64,000 bases of DNA. Source: Bacillota bacterium. Lineage in GTDB: Bacteria > Bacillota > Sulfobacillia > Thermaerobacterales > RSA17. Position 1 is the stretch's first letter; each line of letters starts with the position of its first letter. This document shows positions 52,942 to 61,842 of the stretch, in pieces. The stretch spans positions 1,005-65,004 of the forward strand of contig PKRI02000005.1 of assembly GCA_017577485.2 (NCBI GenBank), given 5' to 3'. The notes under the pieces are model-generated. The model was not told the DNA's origin, did not search any database, and saw only the letters and a program-made list of their open reading frames with translations. The position numbers and the translations under genes are program-made.

Positions 52942-54273
52942 GTGATCTGGAATCCCGAATGCGAAACCATGGATCGCACACAGCTCCAACGCCTGCAGTT
53001 GGAGCGGCTGCGGCAGGTGCTGGAACGGACTTATCATCGAGTTCCCTTCTACCGGCGCCGGTTCGAGGAAGCCGGGGTCACGCCGGACGACCTGCGCAGC
53101 CTCGAGGACCTGGCCCGTTTCCCCTTCACGGTTAAACAGGACCTGCGCGACAATTACCCCTTCGGGCTTTTCGCGGAACCCCTCAGCAACGTGGCCCGCA
53201 TCCACGGCTCCAGCGGCACCAAGGGCAAGCCGACGGTGGTCGGCTACACCCGCAACGACCTGGACGTCTGGGCTGAAGTCTGCGCCCGCTCGCTGGGCTG
53301 CGCCGGCGCCGAGCCCGGGCACATCCTGCATAACGCCTACGGCTACGGCCTCTTCACCGGCGGCCTGGGCATGCACTACGGCGCCGAGAAGATGGGCGTG
53401 ACGGTGGTTCCCGCCTCGGGCGGCTTCACCCAGCGGCAGATCACCCTGCTGCAGGACTTCCAGCCCCACGGCATCTGCTGCACGCCGTCCTACGCCCTGA
53501 ACCTGGCGGAGCACATGCGGGAGGCGGGGGTGGACACCTCCAGGCTCAGCCTGCGCTACGGCATCTTCGGCGCCGAACCCTGGACCGAGGAACTGCGCCG
53601 GCAGATCGAGGACGAACTGCACCTGCACGCCGTGGACATCTACGGCCTCAGCGAGGTCATCGGTCCGGGCGTGGCCTGCGAGTGCTGGGAAGAAAAGCGG
53701 GGCGCCCACATCTTCGAGGATCACTTCCTGGTGGAGGTCATCAACCCTGAGACCGGCGAGCCGGTGCCCGACGGCGAGGACGGCGAGCTGGTCTTCACGA
53801 CCCTCACCAAGGAAGCCTTCCCCGTCATCCGCTACCGCACCGGCGACATCGCTGCGCTGGTGTCGGAGCCCTGCGCCTGCGGCCGCACCTTCCGCCGCAT
53901 GACCCGGGTCAAGGGGCGGGCCGACGACATGCTGATCATCCGCGGCGTCAACGTCTTCCCCTCGGAGATCGAGCGGGTGCTGCTGGGGGTGCCCGAGGTG
54001 GCCCCCCACTACCAGGTGGTGGTGGACCGGCAGGGCAGCCTGGACCAGTTGACGGTCCAGGTGGAGGTGACGCCCGCCGTCTGGGCCGAGATCGGCGACG
54101 ACGACGGCGCCGGGTCGGAGGGCCTGCGCCGGCTGCAGCAGCGCCTGGAGCACCGGCTGCTGCAGGAACTGACGGTGCGGGTCCGGGTGGACCTGAAGCC
54201 GCCGCGCACGGTGCCGCGCAGCGAGGGGAAGGCCGTCCGCATCGTCGACCTGCGGCGGCAGCAGGCGTCATGA
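52942..54273 (+). CDS. paaK: Phenylacetate-CoA ligase
   Basis: Signatures include [38 protein letters not shown] (P-loop), YGLSEV, YRTGD and [18 protein letters not shown] start behind GAGGAGGG. Confidence 0.9.
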   Translation: MIWNPECETMDRTQLQRLQLERLRQVLERTYHRVPFYRRRFEEAGVTPDDLRSLEDLARFPFTVKQDLRDNYPFGLFAEPLSNVARIHGSSGTKGKPTVVGYTRNDLDVWAEVCARSLGCAGAEPGHILHNAYGYGLFTGGLGMHYGAEKMGVTVVPASGGFTQRQITLLQDFQPHGICCTPSYALNLAEHMREAGVDTSRLSLRYGIFGAEPWTEELRRQIEDELHLHAVDIYGLSEVIGPGVACECWEEKRGAHIFEDHFLVEVINPETGEPVPDGEDGELVFTTLTKEAFPVIRYRTGDIAALVSEPCACGRTFRRMTRVKGRADDMLIIRGVNVFPSEIERVLLGVPEVAPHYQVVVDRQGSLDQLTVQVEVTPAVWAEIGDDDGAGSEGLRRLQQRLEHRLLQELTVRVRVDLKPPRTVPRSEGKAVRIVDLRRQQAS

Positions 54274-54830
54274 TCTCGCTGCCCGCGCCGCTGGTGGAGC
54301 GGTTCCGGTCCGATCCCTACGCCCGCTTCATGGGCTTCGAACTGGTGGCGGCAGGGCCCGGCTATGCCCGGGTGGAGGCCCGGGTGACCCCCGACGTGTT
54401 CAACTTCGCCGGCGTGCCCCACGGGGGTTTCGTGTTCAGCCTGGCCGACTACGCCTTTGCCGTGGCCAGCAACAGCCACGGCCGCGTGGCGGTGGCCACC
54501 AGCGTGTCCATCCAGTTCATGCGGGCGGCGTCGGCAGGTGACAGGCTGGTGGCCGAGGCCCGCCGGCTTCGGGCCGGCCGGTCCGCCGGGTTCTACGAAA
54601 TGCGGGTGCTGGACGGTTCCGGCCAGGAAATCGCCCACTGCCTGGGCGTGGTCCACCGCAGCGAGCGGCCGCTGGTGGATTCCCCGCCGAAAGACGCGCT
54701 GCAGGACGGGGTCGCGCCGGTCCCGTGGCCGTCGGAGCAGCAGGCCGGAGGTCCATCCGCCGGCCAGGCGGCACCCGGTGCACCGGGTGCCGGCCCCGGG
54801 GCTCCCCACGGGCCGGCGAGCCAGGTGTGA
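54270..54830 (+). CDS. paaI: PaaI-type hotdog-fold acyl-CoA thioesterase with a Pro/Gly/Ala-rich tail
   Basis: ATGA overlap with paaK. Signatures include [34 protein letters not shown] and [11 protein letters not shown]. Confidence 0.85.
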   Translation: MISLPAPLVERFRSDPYARFMGFELVAAGPGYARVEARVTPDVFNFAGVPHGGFVFSLADYAFAVASNSHGRVAVATSVSIQFMRAASAGDRLVAEARRLRAGRSAGFYEMRVLDGSGQEIAHCLGVVHRSERPLVDSPPKDALQDGVAPVPWPSEQQAGGPSAGQAAPGAPGAGPGAPHGPASQV

Positions 54831-54837
54831 AGCGGGC

Positions 54838-56124
54838 GTGAGCGTGGACGTCCCTCGAGGCGGCGGCGCCGGCGGGCATCCCACCGCCCCGGCCGCCGCA
54901 GCCCGCCTGCACCGGGGCTACCTGGTGCTGGCGGCGCTGATGCTGGTGACCATGGCCGCCGTGGGGTTCGGCCGCTTCGCCTACACCGTCATCCTGCCGT
55001 CCATGCGCGAGGGCCTGAACCTCACCCGCAGCCAGATGGGCTTCGTGGCCACCGGCAACCTGACCGGCTACCTGGGCCTGGCCCTGCTGGGGGGGCTGGC
55101 GGCCTCGCGGTGGGGTTCCCGGAGGGTGATCCTGGCGGGGCTGGCGGCAGCCGCCGCCGGCATGCTGCTGACGGGCGCCGCCGGCGATTTTGCCGGGGCG
55201 CTGCTGGGCCGCACCCTGACGGGCCTGGGCAGCGGGGCGGCCTACATTCCCGCCGCCAGCCTGGTGTCGGCCTGGTTTGCCGCCCAGCGCCGCGGGGCGG
55301 CCACCGGCGTGGTGGTGGCCGGCAACGGCCTGGGCCTGACGGTTTCCGGCTTCCTGCTGCCGCCCGTGCTGGGGGCCGATGTGGACGGCTGGCGCACGGC
55401 GTGGTTCGCGCTGGCCGGGGCGGCCGCGGTCATCACGCTGCTGGCGGCGGTGGCGGTGCGCGACAGGCCGGAAGACCTGGGGCTCACGCCTCTGGGCGGC
55501 GGTTCCGACGAATCCGCCGCCCCGGCGGGTGCGGCCGCCGCGGCCGCCGGGCCGGCGGCAGGGATCTCGGCGCTGCGCTGGATCGGCCTGGCCTACACGC
55601 TGTGGGGCGGCGCTTACATCATTTACGTTACCTTCTTCGCGGCGGCGCTGGTGGAAGGCCGCGGGCTGGCGGAAGCCGCCGCGGGCCGCCTGTGGGCCGA
55701 GGCGGGCCTGGTCAGCATCCTCAGCGGCATCCTGGCCGGCGCCGCGTCGGACCGCTGGGGGAGGCACCGGGCCCTGGCGGTCGTGCTGGCGGTGCAGGCC
55801 GTGGGCTTTGCCGCCCTGGCCCTCGGCACAGGCCTGGCCTGGTACCGCCTGTCGGCGGTGCTCTACGGGTTGACGGCCTGGGGCGTTCCCGGCCTGGTGG
55901 CGGCCGCCGCCGGCGACTATGCCGGTCCGGCCCGGGCGGCGGCCGCCCTGGGCGTGCTGACCGTGGGGTTCGGCGTGGGGCAGGCGGTGGGCCCCAGCAT
56001 CGGCGGCCTGATCATCGACCACTGGGGCGGCTACACGCCGGCCCTGCTGCTGGCGGCTGCAGTCAACCTGCTGGCGGCGGCCGCCGCCGGGGCGGCTGGA
56101 GGCGCAGGCCGGGCACGGGCCTAG
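54838..56124 (+). CDS. MFS transporter (YbfB/YjiJ-like)
   Basis: About 12 TM helices. Signatures include FGRFAYTVILPSMREGLNLTRSQMGFVATGNLTGYL and LTGLGSGAAYIP. The start is GTG 54838 inside track ORF 54457..56124. Confidence 0.8.
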   Translation: MSVDVPRGGGAGGHPTAPAAAARLHRGYLVLAALMLVTMAAVGFGRFAYTVILPSMREGLNLTRSQMGFVATGNLTGYLGLALLGGLAASRWGSRRVILAGLAAAAAGMLLTGAAGDFAGALLGRTLTGLGSGAAYIPAASLVSAWFAAQRRGAATGVVVAGNGLGLTVSGFLLPPVLGADVDGWRTAWFALAGAAAVITLLAAVAVRDRPEDLGLTPLGGGSDESAAPAGAAAAAAGPAAGISALRWIGLAYTLWGGAYIIYVTFFAAALVEGRGLAEAAAGRLWAEAGLVSILSGILAGAASDRWGRHRALAVVLAVQAVGFAALALGTGLAWYRLSAVLYGLTAWGVPGLVAAAAGDYAGPARAAAALGVLTVGFGVGQAVGPSIGGLIIDHWGGYTPALLLAAAVNLLAAAAAGAAGGAGRARA

Positions 56125-56288
56125 CCCAGGAAGCCGCGCAGCATCCAGTACCGGCGTTCCTCCAGGTCGCGCTCGCGCCGCCACTGGCGGTTCAGCAGCC
56201 AGCGGTTCAGCGCCCGTTCCAGGGTCTCGGGACTCCTTTCCGGTCGGGCTCGGTCTTGCCGGTTCCGGGGGTCGTGCTGGCGCCACAT
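56121..56288 (-). CDS. Hypothetical 55-aa basic/Trp-rich protein downstream of a LexA-box promoter
   Basis: Below the track's size cut-off. My translation is MWRQHDPRNRQDRARPERSPETLERALNRWLLNRQWRRERDLEERRYWMLRGFLG. RBS AAAGGAG lies 11 nt upstream. Its stop shares the CTAG with the convergent MFS gene stop. I recognise no homology. Confidence 0.3.
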   Translation of the reverse strand: MWRQHDPRNRQDRARPERSPETLERALNRWLLNRQWRRERDLEERRYWMLRGFLG

Positions 56289-56371
56289 GGCGCGTGAAAC
56301 TCCTTTCCCGCTGCCGCGCCGCCGCGCGGCTTCCTGGAATCCTGCCTAGCCTTTCCGGGTCCAGCCTGATA

Positions 56372-56391
56372 CGAACACATGTTCGTGTCAA
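56372..56391 (-). promoter_or_regulatory. LexA (Cheo) box abutting a consensus -35 hexamer
   Basis: CGAACACATGTTCG (56372-56385) fits the Gram-positive SOS box CGAAC-N4-GTTCG perfectly. On the minus strand, TTGACA (56386-56391) immediately precedes it and TATCAG follows. Confidence 0.6.
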
Positions 56392-56425
56392 GGGCGGCTG
56401 TTGTGCCGCCCCGGCCGGGCAGCGG

Positions 56426-56469
56426 GTGAAAAAGCAAACCCGCCGCCCGGCGGTGAATGGACGGCGGGT
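56426..56469 (-). terminator. Rho-independent terminator (minus strand) downstream of the DASS transporter gene
   Basis: The minus strand reads ACCCGCCG...CGGCGGGT (56469-56462 / 56445-56438), with an inner CCGCC-GGGC-GGCGG option. This is followed by TTTGCTTTTTC. Confidence 0.65.
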
Positions 56470-56694
56470 CTCGGTTCCGGTGTGGGACGGAGTTCTAACG
56501 GTGCGACAGGCAGCAGGGGTCCCAACCCGGGGCAGACCCGACGCCCACGGCGAGGGCGGTGATCATCCGGCCGCCGGCCGGCATCTTACCGCCGCTGATG
56601 TTGCCCATATCCACCGTGAAGCGGCCCCCCTTCCGGGTTGGTGACGGGGAGAATTCTACCGGGTTCCCGGCTGCCGGGCAAGGGGGGTGCCCTG

Positions 56695-58473
56695 TCAGGG
56701 AACCAGCGGCCAGAAGTGCAGGAGCAGGGGCACGGCCATCAGCCCCGTCAGCAGCGTCAGGGGCAGACCGACCCGCAGGTAGTCGGCAAACCGGTATCCC
56801 CCGGGGCCCATGACGATGACGTTGACCTGGTGGCCCACCGGGGTGAGGAAGGCGCTGGAGGCGGCGACGGCCACCGCCATCAGCAGGGGATCGGGAGCCA
56901 CCTCCATCCCGGCGGCGGTATGGATGGCCACCGACCCTGCCAGCACGGCGGCGGGTTTGGCGCCGATCAGGTTGGTCAGCAGGGTGGTGGCCGCGAAAAA
57001 CAGCGCCACCGCCTGCCAGCCTCCCGCGCCGGCCGCCGCCTCCGACAGCAGCCGGCCCAGGTATGCCGCGCCGCCGCTGGCTTCCAGGGCGGTCCCGTAA
57101 GGCAGCATCGACCCGATCAGCACCAGCACCGGCCAGTCCACGGCGGCGTAGGCCCGCCGGGGCGACACCACGCCCAGGGCCACCATCAGCAGGGCGGCGG
57201 CCAGGAAGGCGATCTCGAAGGGCAGGATGCCGGCGACGATGGCCGCCACGGCGCCCACCAACACGCCCAGCGTCAGGGCCGCCGGGGCCGCGGTGCCCAG
57301 CCGGACACCGCGGTCCGGCAGCGGGAGCAGGTCGAACCGGCGGACGACCTGCCGCAGGGCCTCAGGCCGGCCCTGCAGCAGCAGCACGTCGCCGGGCTGG
57401 AAGCGGATGCTGGCCACCCGGGCCGCCGGCCGCGCGCCCAGCCGGGACACCGCCAGCAGGTTGACGCCGAAGCGCTGCCGCAGGTTCAGGTCGCGGACCG
57501 TCTGGTCCACGACCCCCGACCCCGGGCCCACCACCACCTCGGCCAGGTCCACGGGACCGCCCCGCAGCGTCTGCTCCACGTCCTTCTGGGGCACCAGTTC
57601 CACGCCGGCCTGGTCCACGAAGCGGGTCAACTGCTGGGAGTCGGCGGTGATCACCAGCAGGTCGCCGGGACGGATCTCCTGGTAAGGCGGCGGCATGGGT
57701 TGGACCTGCCCGTCCCGCACCAGGCCGATGACGGTCACCTCGGCCTCGGCCAGGGTGCCCGCGTAGGCCAGCGGCCGGCCCGCCAGGGGCGATGACGGCG
57801 TTACCCGCACCTCGGTCACGTAGTCGCGGATGTCGAAGGAGTCGGCCCGGTCTCCGGCGGCTTCCCGGGCGGGCGCCAGGCGCCACCCCACCAGGCCCAG
57901 GAACAGGGCGCCGGCCAGCGCCACGGGCAGCCCCACCCAGGTGTAGTCGAAGAGGGCGAAGGGGCGTCCCACGGCCTCGGCCCGCAGCGAGGCGATGATG
58001 ATGTTGGCGGGGGTGCCGATCAGGGTGATCATGCCGCCCAGCAGCGACCCGTAGGCCACGGGCATCAGCAGCCGTGAGGCCGGCAGTTTCAGCCGGCGTG
58101 CGGTGCGGACCACCGCCGGCATCATGGCCGCCAGGGCGCCGGTGTCGTTCATGAAGCCGGAGATGGCGGTCACCGTGCCCACCAGCGCCGGCACCCGCAG
58201 CCAGGGGCGCCGCACCCGGTCCAGCAGGCCCGCGACCAGGTCCACGGCCCGGGAGGCCTGCAGCGCCTCGCCCACCACCAGCACCGCCGCCACCGTCACC
58301 ACCGCCGGGTGGCCGAAGCCGGCCACCGCCTCGGCAGGCGACAGGATGCCGGCCGCCGCCAGGGCCAGAAGGCCGGCCAGGCCGATCATGTCGTAGCGCC
58401 AGCGTCCCGCGGCCATGGCCGCCAGCACCGCCAGGATCACCGCGAACACGTACCACATGGCCCACGAGGTCAC
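56695..58473 (-). CDS. SLC13/DASS-family anion transporter with two central TrkA-C (RCK_C) domains
   Basis: 592 aa. TM bundles at the N- and C-termini flank two repeats (VTEVRVTPSSPLAGRPL...EVTVIGLVRDG and LAEVVVGPGSGVVDQTVRDL...GVNLLAVSR). Confidence 0.85.
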   Translation of the reverse strand: MTSWAMWYVFAVILAVLAAMAAGRWRYDMIGLAGLLALAAAGILSPAEAVAGFGHPAVVTVAAVLVVGEALQASRAVDLVAGLLDRVRRPWLRVPALVGTVTAISGFMNDTGALAAMMPAVVRTARRLKLPASRLLMPVAYGSLLGGMITLIGTPANIIIASLRAEAVGRPFALFDYTWVGLPVALAGALFLGLVGWRLAPAREAAGDRADSFDIRDYVTEVRVTPSSPLAGRPLAYAGTLAEAEVTVIGLVRDGQVQPMPPPYQEIRPGDLLVITADSQQLTRFVDQAGVELVPQKDVEQTLRGGPVDLAEVVVGPGSGVVDQTVRDLNLRQRFGVNLLAVSRLGARPAARVASIRFQPGDVLLLQGRPEALRQVVRRFDLLPLPDRGVRLGTAAPAALTLGVLVGAVAAIVAGILPFEIAFLAAALLMVALGVVSPRRAYAAVDWPVLVLIGSMLPYGTALEASGGAAYLGRLLSEAAAGAGGWQAVALFFAATTLLTNLIGAKPAAVLAGSVAIHTAAGMEVAPDPLLMAVAVAASSAFLTPVGHQVNVIVMGPGGYRFADYLRVGLPLTLLTGLMAVPLLLHFWPLVP

Positions 58474-59714
58474 GGTCCCGCCTCCAGGCCCAAACGCCGC
58501 AGGTCGCGGAACAGCCGCAGCCGCTCCTCATAGGGCACGGTGCTGCGGGGCGACGGGTTGGGAGCCAGGAACTCCAGGATGCCGGCCACGGTCTGCCGCG
58601 GCTGCAGCCCCCAGGCCACGGGCGCCGACCGGGCAAGCCCGGCGTAGGCCCGGTACACCTGCTTGCCCAGGAGGGCCACCACCCGCGGGCGGTAATCGGC
58701 CATCTTCCGCCGCAGGTCCCGGGCCGCCGCCAGCATCTCGTCCCAGTCCAGGTCGGCCTCACCGCGGGTGGGCCGGCTGACCAGGTTGGTGATGCCGATG
58801 CCCCAGCGCGGCAGCAGGCGGTCATCCGAAGGGGCCAGTTGACGGGGCGTGAAGCCGGCCTCGGCCAGGAGCCGCCAGAAGTGGTTGGCGGGTCCGGCGA
58901 AATGATGGCCGGCGGCGGCGCTGTGGCGCCCGGGGTTGAGGCCCACGAACACCACCGCCAGGCCCGGCGCCAGCACGTCGGGGACCGACTGCCGCTGCCA
59001 GGTCAGCGCCCGCAGTTCCGCCAGCACCGGCATCTCCTCCAGGGCCCGGGCGGGAAGCCGGTCCCAGTCAATGCCTTCGGGCCGCGGCCGCCGGCTGCCG
59101 GTGACGATGACCTCGTCCGGGGTGACCACGTAGTCCACCACCAGGTCGTGGTCGCCGGCCTCCAGGTCCTCCACGATCTGGGCGGGATGCACCGTGGTGG
59201 CCACGGGAATGTGGGGGTAGCCCAGTTCGCGCAGGATGGCGTACTCCAGGTCGCCGTATCCTTCGCCCTTGCCGGCCCGGTCGCCGCCGCGGGTCACCGC
59301 CACCGAGCCGGTGACGATCAGGTCGATGGGCGGCCGCTCCCGGGCCAGTTCCGCCAGGGTTACCGGCCGGCCGTAGCGGGCGGCGTGGCTCAGCGATGCG
59401 GCTCGCGCCAGTTCGCCCGGGGGCACGTCCTGGGGACGGATGCGCAGGAAGGCGCCCCGCAGCCGGGGCGTAGGAATGTACAGGGTCTTGCCGTCGGCCA
59501 GCGCCGCCCGGCGGACCGGCAGCTGCGGCGCGTCGGGGTTGACCTTGACGCCCCGTGCCCGGCGGTACACGTCCAGCTGGCGCAGGCGCCGGGCCGCCGC
59601 CTCGGCTCCCCGGAAGTTGGGGATGCGGCCCTCGATGGGGAAGGGGAACCGGGCGGCGCCCAGCCGCCTCAGTTCCGCGTACACCCGGCGCCGGGCCTGG
59701 TCCTTGCTGGTCAC
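58470..59714 (-). CDS. Fusion protein: 5-formyltetrahydrofolate cyclo-ligase-family domain plus G:T/U mismatch-specific uracil-DNA glycosylase (Mug) domain
   Basis: The N-terminal half shows GRIPNFRGAEAAA, VNPDAPQ, GKTLYIPTP, IDLIVTGSVAVTRGGDRAGKGEGYGDLEYA and DHDLVVDYVVTPDEVI. The C-terminal half shows LAPGLAVVFVGLNPGRHSAAAGHHFAGPANHFWRLL..AGFT, ITNLVSRPT and LAPNPSPRS, which aligns with E. coli Mug from memory. Confidence 0.8.
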   Translation of the reverse strand: MTSKDQARRRVYAELRRLGAARFPFPIEGRIPNFRGAEAAARRLRQLDVYRRARGVKVNPDAPQLPVRRAALADGKTLYIPTPRLRGAFLRIRPQDVPPGELARAASLSHAARYGRPVTLAELARERPPIDLIVTGSVAVTRGGDRAGKGEGYGDLEYAILRELGYPHIPVATTVHPAQIVEDLEAGDHDLVVDYVVTPDEVIVTGSRRPRPEGIDWDRLPARALEEMPVLAELRALTWQRQSVPDVLAPGLAVVFVGLNPGRHSAAAGHHFAGPANHFWRLLAEAGFTPRQLAPSDDRLLPRWGIGITNLVSRPTRGEADLDWDEMLAAARDLRRKMADYRPRVVALLGKQVYRAYAGLARSAPVAWGLQPRQTVAGILEFLAPNPSPRSTVPYEERLRLFRDLRRLGLEAGP

Positions 59715-59821
59715 GGACTCCCTCCCTGAGGGTTCGTCTTCTTCTCTTAGGCGGTGGGCTCCACAACCCTACCGGCGATTGCCTGGGCCGCCGCCCTGCG
59801 TTAAGGTTGGGAGCAGAGGGA

Positions 59822-60919
59822 ATGGAGGTGCCGGTATTGCGCTACACCATCACTGGCGACGCGCCTGCCGGTTTTGCCCGTCAACTTCAGGAAGGTTTGC
59901 GCATGGTGCTTCAGCTTCACGGTCATGAACCGGTCGCTCCCGACGACGAAGATCTGGGCCTGGCCGTCCAGTTCCTTGACCCCGGCGACCTCAAGCCCTT
60001 CCGCCGCAAGTCGCGGGGCACCTTCGTGGTGACCGTCGTCGAGGGGCCTCCGGTGGACCGCGTGCTGGAAAACTGCTATCCCATGCTGGTCCGGACCCTC
60101 TCCAACCTGTTCATCTACGTGGCCGACGAGGCCGAGGGCCGCACCATGCACTTCGTCACGCCGGAGCTGGGCCACTACACCGTCACCTACGATCCCGACC
60201 ACGAGATGGAGTTTTTCCAGGAGGTCTACCAGCGCTTGAGCCCGCTGGCCACCTCCCGGTTCGTGCTGGACAACATTTTCGTGCCCGACCTGCCGCGGGA
60301 GTTGTGGGACGGCGACGAGCACACCCGGGCCCTGCGGGAAGCCGGCAAGCGGCTGCAGGCGCTGGACCTGCTGCCCGCGCCCTTCCCTCTGGACAAGTAC
60401 CTGCCCCCGCGGGAACTGCGGCACCTGCGCAGGCTCTACGGCATCGGGGGCCTGTCCTACGGAAACCTCAGCGTCCGCCGCGACGAGAAGACCTTCTGGA
60501 TGAGCGCCAGCGGCGTCGACAAGTCCAACCTGGAGGTCATCGGCCGCGACATCCTGCTGGTGGTGGACTATGACGCCGAGAAGCAGGCCATGGTCCTCAG
60601 CGTGCCGGCCGACCGGGAGCCGCGGCGGGTGTCGGTGGACGCCATCGAGCACTACATGATCTACCGGGAGCATCCCGAGGTGGGCGCCATCGTCCACGTG
60701 CACGCCTGGATGGACGGCGTGCCGTCCACCCAGATCAACTACCCCTGCGGTACCTACGAACTGGCCACGGCGGTGGCCGAACTGGTGCGGCAGGCGCCTG
60801 ACCCGTCGCGGGCGGTGATCGGCCTGCGCAACCACGGCCTGACCATCACAGGGCGCAGCCTGGACGACATCTTCGAGCGCATCGAGGGCCGCATCCAGCG
60901 CGAGGTGCCGATGACCTGA
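59822..60919 (+). CDS. Class II aldolase/adducin-domain protein with an about 190-aa uncharacterised N-terminal domain
   Basis: The C-terminal half shows FWMSASGVDKSNL, VSVDAIEHYMIYREHPEVGAIVHVH and GLRNHGLTITGRSLDD. The start is ATG 59822 inside track ORF 59555..60919. Confidence 0.75.
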   Translation: MEVPVLRYTITGDAPAGFARQLQEGLRMVLQLHGHEPVAPDDEDLGLAVQFLDPGDLKPFRRKSRGTFVVTVVEGPPVDRVLENCYPMLVRTLSNLFIYVADEAEGRTMHFVTPELGHYTVTYDPDHEMEFFQEVYQRLSPLATSRFVLDNIFVPDLPRELWDGDEHTRALREAGKRLQALDLLPAPFPLDKYLPPRELRHLRRLYGIGGLSYGNLSVRRDEKTFWMSASGVDKSNLEVIGRDILLVVDYDAEKQAMVLSVPADREPRRVSVDAIEHYMIYREHPEVGAIVHVHAWMDGVPSTQINYPCGTYELATAVAELVRQAPDPSRAVIGLRNHGLTITGRSLDDIFERIEGRIQREVPMT

Positions 60920-60942
60920 ACGGCAGGGAAGGGGAGGCGGCG

Positions 60943-61743
60943 GTGCTGGCTCCCGGCCTGGTCATGCCGCCCGACGACCTCGAGCCGCCGGGCCGGGGCT
61001 TCCGGGTCACCTGCCTGGGCCGGGCCGGTTCGTACCCGGCGCCGGGCGAGGCCACCACGGGCTACCTGGTTTCCACCGGCACCACCCACGTGCTGGTGGA
61101 CTGCGGCGCCGGCGTGCTGGCCAACCTGCTGCGGGTGCTGCCGCCCTGGCGCCTGGCGGCCCTGATCCTGACCCACGCCCATCCGGACCACGTCAGCGAC
61201 CTGGTGGTGCTGCCCCACCTGATCGAGTGGGTGGCCTGGCGGCGCCTGTCCCAGCGCCGGCCGCTGCCGGTCTACGCGGCGCCGGAGACCGCCGCTTCCC
61301 TGGAGCGGCTCCTGGATGACCCCACCCTGGAAGTGCACCCCCTGGCCGCCGCCGAGGCCCGCGGCATCGGCGACCTGGCCGTCCGCTGCGCCCGGGTGGA
61401 GCACCCGGTGGAGACGTGGGCGGTGCGGCTGGAGCACGGCGGCGCGTCCTTCGTCTTCAGCGCCGACACCGGCCCCACGCCCGCGCTGGCCGGCCTGGCC
61501 CGGGAAGCCGACCTGTTCGTGTGCGAGGCGACCCTGCCCGACGAGATGGCCGATCGGGCCGGCCACATCGGCCACCTGACGCCGGCCCTGGCCGCCCAGG
61601 CCGCCGCCGAGGCCGGCGCCCGCCGCCTGCTGCTGACCCACATCGCCATGGGCTTCGACCCCGACCGGTTCGCGGCCGCTGCGGCCGCCGCCGGGCCCGT
61701 CCCCGTGGAGCCGGCCCGGCCGCTGGAGACCTACCCGGTCTGA
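60943..61743 (+). CDS. MBL-fold metallo-hydrolase
   Basis: LVDCGAG, the HxHxDH motif LTHAHPDHVSD, FSADTG and THI. GTG start behind GGGGAGG. Confidence 0.85.
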   Translation: MLAPGLVMPPDDLEPPGRGFRVTCLGRAGSYPAPGEATTGYLVSTGTTHVLVDCGAGVLANLLRVLPPWRLAALILTHAHPDHVSDLVVLPHLIEWVAWRRLSQRRPLPVYAAPETAASLERLLDDPTLEVHPLAAAEARGIGDLAVRCARVEHPVETWAVRLEHGGASFVFSADTGPTPALAGLAREADLFVCEATLPDEMADRAGHIGHLTPALAAQAAAEAGARRLLLTHIAMGFDPDRFAAAAAAAGPVPVEPARPLETYPV

Positions 61744-61842
61744 GCCGCCCGCCGCCTGCCCGCCGCGCCCGCACCCCGCGCCAAGCCGCTGTGCTCGTTG
61801 CTATACTCGTTAGAGAGCCAGGCCCCGGGGGAGGGTTGGGAC

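Noticed and set aside
56495-56608. A 37-codon minus-strand ORF (MGNISGGKMPAGGRMITALAVGVGSAPGWDPCCLSHR) in the 230-nt gap between the DASS transporter stop and its terminator. I considered it as a small peptide or RiPP-like precursor.
   Set aside because: The Shine-Dalgarno is poor (GGTGG only 3 nt from the ATG). I recognise no homology and there are no modification-enzyme genes nearby. It may simply be a long 3' UTR. It is worth a look only if ribosome profiling becomes available.
56294-56813. Plus-strand ORFs 56294..56644 and 56559..56813 in the MFS / DASS intergenic region.
   Set aside because: They are Arg/Ala/Gly/Pro-rich with no RBS. They run across a minus-strand terminator and the LexA-box promoter. 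The region is better explained as regulatory or UTR sequence.
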